Shown here one piece after another: positions 55,134 to 64,000 of a stretch of DNA of 64,000 nucleotides. Made by a program: the position numbers and the translations under genes. Position 1 is the stretch's first letter; each line of letters opens with the position of its first letter. A model generated the notes under the pieces. It saw only the letters and a program-made list of their open reading frames with translations. It was not told the origin of the DNA and searched no databases. The DNA is from Octopus vulgaris (Eukaryota). The stretch lies in contig OX597815.1 of assembly GCA_951406725.2 (NCBI GenBank), forward strand, positions 69,316,001 through 69,380,000, written 5' to 3'.

Positions 55134-56229
55134 CTACATGTATATGCATCTCTCGATATATATTTATCTATATTGTGGCACTCTGTTGGTTTTGACGACA
55201 AGGGTTCCAGTTGATCCGATCAATTGAACAGCCCGCTCATGAAATTAATGTGCAAGTAGCTGAGCTTTCCAAAACACATGTACCCTTAACGTAGTTCTGG
55301 GGGAGATTCAGCATGATTACAGAGTGTGACCAGGCTGGCCCTTTGAAATACAGGTACAACAAAAACAGGAAGAAAGAGTGAGACAAAGCAGTGGTGAACA
55401 CTCTTTTACCACCAAGCATTTCTATGAATCTCCATCACACACACTGTCTTTCTCTCTTTCTGTACTTCTCTTTCCAGCATATAGCTGCCTTAGTTTCTCT
55501 CTCCCATCACAATGTCTGAGTAATGACGACATACCAACACAGGTAGTCAAGCACTGATGGGGTGGCAAACAGAGGCGCAAAGACTCTGTCTCTCTTTCTC
55601 TCTCTCTCTCACACACATGACAATTTTCCACACAGTTTCCATCTACCAACATCACTCACAAGGTATTGGTTAGTCCAGGATCATTGCAGAGAACACCTGC
55701 CCAAGCTGTTGTGCAGTGGGATTGAACCCAAAACCATTTTGTTGCACAACATACCTTTGTGAAGTTTACTTTATAACCTTTGATTCTAGTTTTTTTCTTT
55801 AATGCCTGGAATTCCTTCTCTAACTCTTCAAAAGATTCGGCCATATGAACTGATTCATCAGCTAGGAATTCCTGTGCTCAACTGATCTTAAACTGTTCTG
55901 TTATGGCTTGAAGGACTGGACCCTAATGAGACACAACCTTCATGCTGAAATGATTGACAAGCTTCTTGTTAACATTTCTCTTGCAGGCTGTAATTTTTAT
56001 ATCTGCTTTCCATGCAGCCATGGTTTGTGACTGTATGATAAGCAGTTTGCTTCCTAAACACATGGTTCCAGGTTTAGTTCCATTGCATGGCACTTTAGGC
56101 AAGTTTCTTGGGCGAACTAAAGCCTTGTGAGTAGATTTGGTAGACAAAAATTGTATATGTGTGTGTAAGTAACCTCTCATATATATGTATATGTGTGGGA
56201 CTCTCATTGTTGTAACTGACAGAGTGCCA

Positions 56230-56259
56230 CAATATATATATTTATAAGTGTTGTATGTG

Positions 56260-56297
<38 letters not shown>

Positions 56298-56534
56298 CAT
56301 ACATACAACACACACACACATACATATATATATGCATTCACATACACACACATATATGTATACATACACACATATGTATATGTATACACATACACACATA
56401 TGTATATGTATACACATACACACATATATATATATGTATACACATACATACATTATATATATATGTATGCATAAATATATATGTATATATGCATACATAT
56501 ATATATGTATATGTATACTCATACATATATATCT

Positions 56535-56571
<37 letters not shown>

Positions 56572-56618
56572 TATCTATACATATATATATATATATATAT
56601 ATACATATATATCTATAC

Positions 56619-56670
<52 letters not shown>

Positions 56671-56883
56671 TATATGTATACGTGCATACATATACATATA
56701 TATACATGTATACATATATATATATATATGTATACATACATATATATATATATGTATACATACATATATATATATATATATGTATACATACATATATATA
56801 TATATATACATACATATATATATATATGTATACATACATATATATATATATATATATACATACATATATATATATATATATGT

Positions 56884-56940
<57 letters not shown>
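56230..56940. repeat. (TA)/(TACA)/(CA) microsatellite field
   Basis: Directly visible. Confidence 0.95.
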
Positions 56941-57175
56941 TGCAAACATTTAGATTCAGATGAATTAGGTACCAGAATTTAGTATGGTATTCATACAATT
57001 TCAAAATAAGGAGAGTAAAATCAAAATAAGCAACAAGGATATCCAGAGGTAATGCAGTATGATCATTTCAAGCAACTCCATTTAATTGAACAATGCAATC
57101 ATTCCATCAATTTAAATGCAGAGCTGTCCTCAGTTGCATAAAGACATAGAATTAAATTAAAAAGGAAAGAAAGAT

Positions 57176-57212
57176 GGTTTAATGTTTCGAGCAACACTCT
57201 TCTTCAGAAACA
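57176..57212 (-). ncRNA. Hammerhead-like core in a PLE-type fragment (related copy at 58915-58952, + strand)
   Basis: CUGAAGAA-GAGU-GUU-GCUC-GAAAC-AUU; the second copy reads CCGAAGAA-GAGC-UAU-GCUC-GAAAUGUU. Confidence 0.45.
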
Positions 57213-57304
57213 AGAAAGTCCAATAGAAAGGAAGATGGAGGAAGAAAATTGCCAACGATTCACATGTGGATACATTTTGAAAATATATACATGTATATAT
57301 ACAA

Positions 57305-58410
57305 ATCATCATCATCATCGTTTAACATCTGCTTTCCATGCTGGCATGGGTTGGACAGGTTGACTGAGGGCTGGAAAGCCAAAAGGCTGCACCAGACTCC
57401 AATCCGATCTGGCAAAGTTTCTACAGCTGGATACCCTTCCTAATGCCAACCACTCTGCGAGGGTAGTGGGTGCTTTTTATGTGCTACTGGCATGCAGGCC
57501 AGTGAGGCAGGACTGACATCGACCACGCTCGAATGGTGCTTATTATGTGCCGCTGGCATGGGAACCAGTCAGGCAACACTGGTAACGATCACGCTGAAAT
57601 GGTGCTTTTTACATGCTACCGGCACAGGACCAGTCAGGCGGCACTGGCATCGGCTACACTTGAATGGTGCTTCTTTACGTGTCACCAGCACAGGTGGTAC
57701 TTTCATTGGCTATGATAATGACTTCACTTGCTTCAACAGGTCTTTGCAAGTGCAGCTTATTGCCCAATGATTGAAGGGTACTCTTAAATGTGCTGGTTAT
57801 GCTGCACTGGCATAGGCCACGGTTACAGTCTCACTTAGCGTGCTAGGTCTTCTCAAGCACAGCATATCTCCAAAGGTCTTGGTCACTTGTCATTGCCTCG
57901 GTGAGGCCCAATGTTCGAAGGTCATGTTCGAAGGTCACTCTCAGAGCATCCGCTCCTGCAACTGAAGCTAGCAACTACTTGTAGTTTTCCCCCCTGGAAT
58001 GTGATGAAGCTGTTTTCTGCAGATTGTGCAGGGCCATCTACCTGAAGGGATTTGTGGTATGTCTGCCTTCCTACTTATTAAGACTTTGGTGTTTGCTAGA
58101 CTGAAGCTAAGGCCCTTTGTTTCTAGACCCTGCTTCCACACCTGAAACTTCTCCTCTAACTTTCATAGTGACTCAGTTATAAGAGTAAGGTCATCAGCAT
58201 AGAGAGGCTCCCAGGGGCATCCTGTCTTGAATTCATCTGTTATTGCCTGGAGGACTATGATGAATAAGATGGGCTGAGGACTGATCCTTGGTGGACCCCT
58301 ACCCCTACAGGAATCCTTCACTGTACTTGTTCCCAACCCTCACCTTACTGACAGCATCCCTGCACATGGCTTGTACAGCTCTCACTAACCACTCAACTAT
58401 CATCAGTTGT
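57305..58410 (-). mobile_element. RTE-clade LINE 3' portion (RT fragment, 3' UTR, (GAT)n tail), internally deleted
   Basis: [11 protein letters not shown]...VRVGNKYS...[35 protein letters not shown]; 3' end ccatgccagcatggaaagcagatgttaaacgatgatgatga. Confidence 0.88.
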
Positions 58411-58455
58411 ATATATGTGTGTATATATATACATACAAATGTGTGTGTATGTATG

Positions 58456-58495
<40 letters not shown>

Positions 58496-58574
58496 TATAC
58501 ATATATATACACATATGTATACATGCATATATACATACATATATATATATATATATATATGTATACACATGCAT

Positions 58575-58615
<41 letters not shown>

Positions 58616-58618
58616 CAT

Positions 58619-58686
<68 letters not shown>

Positions 58687-59587
58687 GTATACATATATAT
58701 ATATATATATATATGCATATATATACATACATAAATACACATGTACATACATATTTATATACACATACATATGTATATATACATATACGTAGATATATAC
58801 ACAGACATACATACACATGCATACATACATACATATATACATACATACATACATACACACATACATACATACATATTGTTTTCATTATTTTGCCTTCTTA
58901 TTCTTTAGATTTCCCTCTTTCCGAAGAAGAGCTATGCTCGAAATGTTAACAATAACTCTTTCCTTTCACCGTGCATCTAATTAATATATTTCTGGTGCGC
59001 ATCCTCACATTCGTTTTTGTCTTTATTCCTGTTTTTTAATTGCTTGTTTATTTGAATTAACTACGGATATATATATATACACACACACACACATATATAT
59101 ATATACAAAATAAAATACAAAATGGGACAAGAACGTAAAACATCCAGACAAATAGGTGATACAAAAAGGGACAACAAAACATCCAGATAGACAATACCAA
59201 AAAAAACAAGGACGGGTCATTCGAAGCCTTTCGCAATTTCGGCTGATTAATCTTTAGATTGCTCCAATCTGGCCAGCCCCAAGGAAAAACTAAGCTAAGA
59301 GCATTAGATTCCTTGGAATGTATACGAAAACAAGGACGGAAAAGCAGACCATGTTACATGAATATAAATACAAAAAAACAATAAAAGTAATGATAATAAC
59401 AGGACATAACAACAGGTGTCTTTCGACTGGGGATGAATGGAATTCAGCTGGCGTGTGTGGAAATGAAGCCTTACAGCAGAGGGAAGAATCTCGATATATA
59501 TATATATAGAAAACTTACTTGGAAAAGGATGTGTAGTGTTCGATCATATAATAATATAAATAATATATAAATATATGCATATATACA

Positions 59588-59630
<43 letters not shown>

Positions 59631-59640
59631 ACATATATAT

Positions 59641-60055
59641 AGGTGTAGGAGTGGCCGTGTGGTAAGTAACTTGCTACCAACCACATGGTTCCGGGTTCAG
59701 TCCCACTGCGTGGCATCTTGGGCAAATGTCTTCTACTATAACCTCGAGTCGACCAAAGCCTTGTGAGTGGATTTGGTAGACGGAAACTGAAAAGAAGCCC
59801 GTCGTATATATGTATATATATGTCTGTGTGTGTATATGTTTGTGTGTCTGTGTTTGCCCCCGCTCCCCAACATCGCTTGACAACCGATGCTGGTGTGTTT
59901 ACGTCCCCCGTAACTTAGCGGTTCAGCAATAGAGACCAATATAATAAGTTCTAGGCTTACAAAGAATAAGTCCTGGGGTCAATTTGTTCGACTAAAGGCG
60001 GTGCTCCAACATGGCCACAGTCAAATGACTGAAGCGAATAAAAGATTAAAAGAGA
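59641..60055 (+). mobile_element. Family A SINE, near-consensus
   Basis: Full head (A/B-box-like), internal microsatellite and tail. Confidence 0.9.
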
Positions 60056-60156
60056 GTATATATATATACACACACACGCACACACATACAAATACTCACA
60101 TGTACACACGTGCACACACACACACACACATACAAATACTCACATGTACACACGTG

Positions 60157-60191
<35 letters not shown>

Positions 60192-61085
60192 TGGCCTGCT
60201 CGCTTAGCCAGCGGGGTGGCGTCATTTGAAGGCTTAAAACAATACGAAGCGCATTGTGACCAGCGATGTGTAGCAACATCTGATAATCTGGTCGGTCACG
60301 GTGATATATATATATATATAAACAAGACACTCTGGGCAAATGTTTTCTTTGTATGCCTTACAACTGAATTTGGTAGACAGAAATTGCGCGGAAGCAAGGG
60401 CGCGCGCGCGTATCCCCCCGCACTTAACATTCGGTGTTGGTTTGTTGTAGCTCGGCAAAAAACCCTGAAAAGGATAAGTATCAGAGTTTCAAATAAAAAA
60501 AAAGTACTGGGATCGATTTGTTTCACTAAACGCTTCAAGGTGGTGCCCCAGCATGACCACAGTCCAATGACTAAATGAAAAGATATAAGATATACTTTTA
60601 CTTTTAGAAGACACACTATATATACATGCGTGTATGCAGTTTATATATAAATATGTGTGTGTGTGTGTATGTAATAAAGGACGGATATTACAGGATTGTG
60701 TAATGTATAGCGATAAAAGCACCAGCAGATACATACATATGCTAACCCATCTAAATATCACAGAGTTTACTGAGAAAGACAGTCAAGTTGGACAGTCAAG
60801 TTGGACAGTCAAGACTGAGAAAGACAGAAGAATGAAGTCAAGTTGGCAACGAAAGTAACGATAGAGGGGTGTTGAGGTATATGGAGCAATCCAATCTAGT
60901 TTCAGGGGAGATAAGGCTGCGACCAGCTAATTTATAAACGGAAGTGGAAGCGAACTTCAACACACGACGAAGGAGAACACATCTTTGAGAGTGTTCGCAG
61001 ACGCTCATAATCGTATTATATATTTACACTTAACAGACGTATTTATTTTAAACATGTATATTTATATACATACCTACACAACAAG

Positions 61086-61415
61086 CTCCGGTACAAAACG
61101 AAAGGGACCACATAGAAAGAACATGCCGGATTGCCCGATTATCTGCAAAAATTATGAAGTATGGTGTTTTATTGTTTATAAAATTACTATAAAGCGGTAA
61201 TTTAGTCAATTTAATTAATTAGTCTTACTAATCGCAGGCTGCCTCATTGACCCATAAATTTATTATTCAAACTACATGTGTAGAATCCCCGAATGTGTAC
61301 GGAAATTCTAAGATGTGCTTTTGTATGCCTTTAAAATATACCAAACAATAGTAAAATCTTATGTAAATATATAAGTATTATGTAAGTATACAGTTCCATT
61401 CGTTTTGTACCAGAG
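61086..61415. mobile_element. Candidate MITE with ~24-bp TIRs
   Basis: CTCCGGTACAAAACGAAAGGGAC versus (revcomp) CTCTGGTACAAAACGAATGGAAC. No clear TSD. Confidence 0.5.
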
Positions 61416-61520
61416 ATCATTGTTTACGCACATATTCAACAACTTTGCTCTAAGTATATTTAAGAATTTTACCCGTCAACAATAACGGGAGTTTTTGTTT
61501 TTTTAGGAGTACGGAATAAA

Positions 61521-62291
61521 TTATGCAGTCAAAATTGTTTTACCTTCGTGGCAGCTGTTACTTAATCTATCATCTGAAGGACTTTCTGATAAAGAATATT
61601 TGGTACTATAAGATATCAGAGACCCACATGAATGATGCAGTAAACTTTCTTCATGGAAAGTATTGTCGACTCTGTTGCTTTGAACTGTTGCATTACTTTG
61701 TCTTTCACTGGTCCCATGTTCTTCATCTTCTTCAGTTGCGAGAACCCCATATATATTTCCAACAAATAACTTTTGTTCTTCGTCCTCCACACTTTCATTT
61801 TGATGTCTTAGTGTAAGGAGTCGCTTTCTTTCTTTTTCGAGTCTTGCCTTTCTTTCTTCTTGTGTCCCCTTTTGTCTTTTTACAATCATTCTTATCCTTT
61901 CTTTTTCTAATCTAGCTTTTCTTTGCTGTTGTGTTTCATTTTGTCTTTTTTTACTTAATCTTATTCTTTCTTTTTCGAGTCTTGCTTGTTTTTGTTCTTG
62001 TGTTTCTTGTTGTCGTTTCGCCGCACTCCTCCTCCTCTCCAATTCACGCCGAGCATTGAGTTCTTCTTGTGATAATCTTCGCCTTCTTTCTGCAGTTCGA
62101 AGTCGGGCAATTTCTCTGCGACTGATAACTTTTACCTCTGTTTGTCTTTGATTTACAATTACCTGTTGTATATTTGAAAAATCTGAACGACATCTTGCTA
62201 GTTTTCGTGCTTCTCGTTCTCGTATTCTTTGCCTCGCCTTCCTCTCCCGTGCCAATCGCCGTTTTCTCTCAATGCGATCTTCCATGTGCAT
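61521..62291 (-). CDS. Intact 256-aa basic protein with four 23-aa STPR-type repeats, probably Helitron-derived
   Basis: Repeats start at aa 73/96/119/142 (e.g. ETQEQKQARLEKERIRLSKKRQN). The later NTFHEESLLHHSCGSL resembles the H-x-CG entry into the Helitron RepHel N-terminal Cys region. Open frame in AT-rich DNA, with an upstream acceptor tttcttttcag at 62335. Confidence 0.7.
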   Translation of the reverse strand: MHMEDRIERKRRLARERKARQRIREREARKLARCRSDFSNIQQVIVNQRQTEVKVISRREIARLRTAERRRRLSQEELNARRELERRRSAAKRQQETQEQKQARLEKERIRLSKKRQNETQQQRKARLEKERIRMIVKRQKGTQEERKARLEKERKRLLTLRHQNESVEDEEQKLFVGNIYGVLATEEDEEHGTSERQSNATVQSNRVDNTFHEESLLHHSCGSLISYSTKYSLSESPSDDRLSNSCHEGKTILTA

Positions 62292-63771
62292 TAAAATTTA
62301 GCACTTTTGAAATAATTTAATTATGCATTATATACTGAAAAGAAACCTCTAGCAAGATAGAAAAGAGCAAAGGAAATTATTAGATTTATGGTAACATCGA
62401 ACCGATATTAATTTCAAATTCGAACTGTTTTCATTTCGTTGCTAGTAAATTACAGACACTCCACTCGGTGGCAGATATATTTTAATTATTGTTTATGTAA
62501 CATTTTATATGTATTTAATCTCTAATAATAACCAATATAAATGTTGGTTGGTTGGTTGATTTTCTAGTCACGCTTTACAATGTATAGAGAGAGGGGGAGA
62601 GTGAAAGAGAGATACAGAGTTAACATAGGAGGTGCAGGATGAGTGCATGACTGGCAATGAGTAACATGAATAATATACACTCAGAAAGAATTAGACCGAG
62701 AGAGAAAAAGGAGAGAAATGGTGTTTTTGGACTGTTTATAATAAAATCATCACGGAGATCCGTAATGGATAATTTTTGTTTCGAAATTTTACTTGTTTTA
62801 TTTAATTCTATTTGAAGTTAATAAAATATATTTTTTGAAAATTTGTATTCATTTCATAATTTTGTATAAATACCGAAAAGTTTTATAAAAAATGTTAAAC
62901 TTTATTTATTCAATGTATGCCATACTTTCAAAGTTATCCGTCCATATAGCGGGTAGCGCGCGCGCGCGCACACACACGCACACACACATACACACACGTT
63001 CGTGTCTAGACATTAGTGTTACCTAAAATTCCAACGTCCTAATGATCGGTGCTGTAATCCAGGTAAACTAGAGTTGTCTATAGGAAGCTCACCGGTCAAG
63101 CTAATGAAAATAAAGATAAAATAAAAGATGGACAGGCAGACAGTTATTTATGGCACCGATGCATTTATAAAACGGGAAGTACAACTGACTGTCTCTAGAC
63201 TCCTCTTATTTGTTCATATGTCGCTTTACAATTACATTGGCTTAAAATATGTGATTGTAAATAGCTCGGGGGTAGGAGGAAGTAGAAAAAGCAAGTATTA
63301 TTGTATTCGGAGTTATCTGTCTGTAGATTTTTACGTAACTGCTACTACAGAAAATGGATACCATCACAATATGGGCTGTCACAGCTGCTGCTACTTCTCT
63401 TATTTTTTTACACCACTTCGAGTAGATTTTAATTGTAAAAATTCCAAACTTGAACACATATAATGAAATATTGAAATGTACTCTTACTAGAGCATGTAAA
63501 AATATATATCTATAAACACTGGTCTGTCTGACAGTCACTTGAATCTATCGAGAGAGAGGGGAGAGGGTTAGAGAAATCCGTCTGGCTTGCTGTATATCTA
63601 TATATCTCGGGCTATCCTTCGAAGTGGGGTGGAGTCAAGAGTTTATTCTAGTTTGATGTACTTGCTCCTACTTCAGCTTAGTTAACTGATTTTTATCGAC
63701 ATTTCATTACTGTTTATGTTTGTGAATTATGTTCATTTAACACTAAATTATTACAAATAAAATTGATTGTG

Positions 63772-64000
63772 GTTAAGTTTGGTTCGTAACCACGTGGTTT
63801 CGGGTTCAGCCCCACGGTATGGCACCTTGTACAAGTATCGTCTACTATAGATAGCCCCGGGCCAACTAAAAAACCTTACAAGTGGATATGTCCTATCACC
63901 GCTTAACAAGCGGTGTAAGTTCGTTTATGTTCCCATAACCTAGCGGCTCTGCAAAATGTGATCGATTGAATGTTTCCAGGCTTTAAGTACCAGGGTCGAT
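63772..64000 (+). mobile_element. Family A SINE, decayed/partial
   Basis: gtggttaag...cgggttcagccccacggtatggcaccttg head plus tail remnants. Confidence 0.75.

Noticed and set aside
59641-59720. tRNA genes at SINE heads
   Set aside because: A/B-box-like motifs are present but there is no complete cloverleaf, and they are always attached to SINE bodies.
60776-60850. 13-bp tandem GACAGTCAAGTTG as a CRISPR-like array or LTR
   Set aside because: No spacers and a eukaryotic context; LTR termini and TSD could not be established.

Overview
AT-rich eukaryotic DNA dominated by (TA)n/(TACA)n/(CA)n microsatellites and transposon relics. The SINE families, RTE/CR1/Tx1 LINEs and Penelope-like elements (PLEs) suggest an octopod cephalopod genome (inference). 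Nearly all ORF-track calls are artefacts of microsatellites or SINEs. Real coding signal is limited to decayed or truncated elements (maT/mariner transposase; CR1, RTE and Tx1 LINEs; a PLE reverse transcriptase) and one intact 256-aa ORF with four 23-residue STPR-type repeats that looks Helitron-derived. The left ~27 kb is visibly CpG-depleted and may be the methylated intron body of a minus-strand gene with a promoter near 27.3-28.4 kb. Highlights: (1) a series of long hairpins, several built from PLE ends with minimal hammerhead-ribozyme-like motifs; (2) one hairpin whose loop is an ~85-nt 18S rRNA fragment, nested in a SINE inside a mariner and partly copied 6 kb away; (3) the STPR-repeat gene candidate. 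Coordinates were read by eye and may be off by a few bases.
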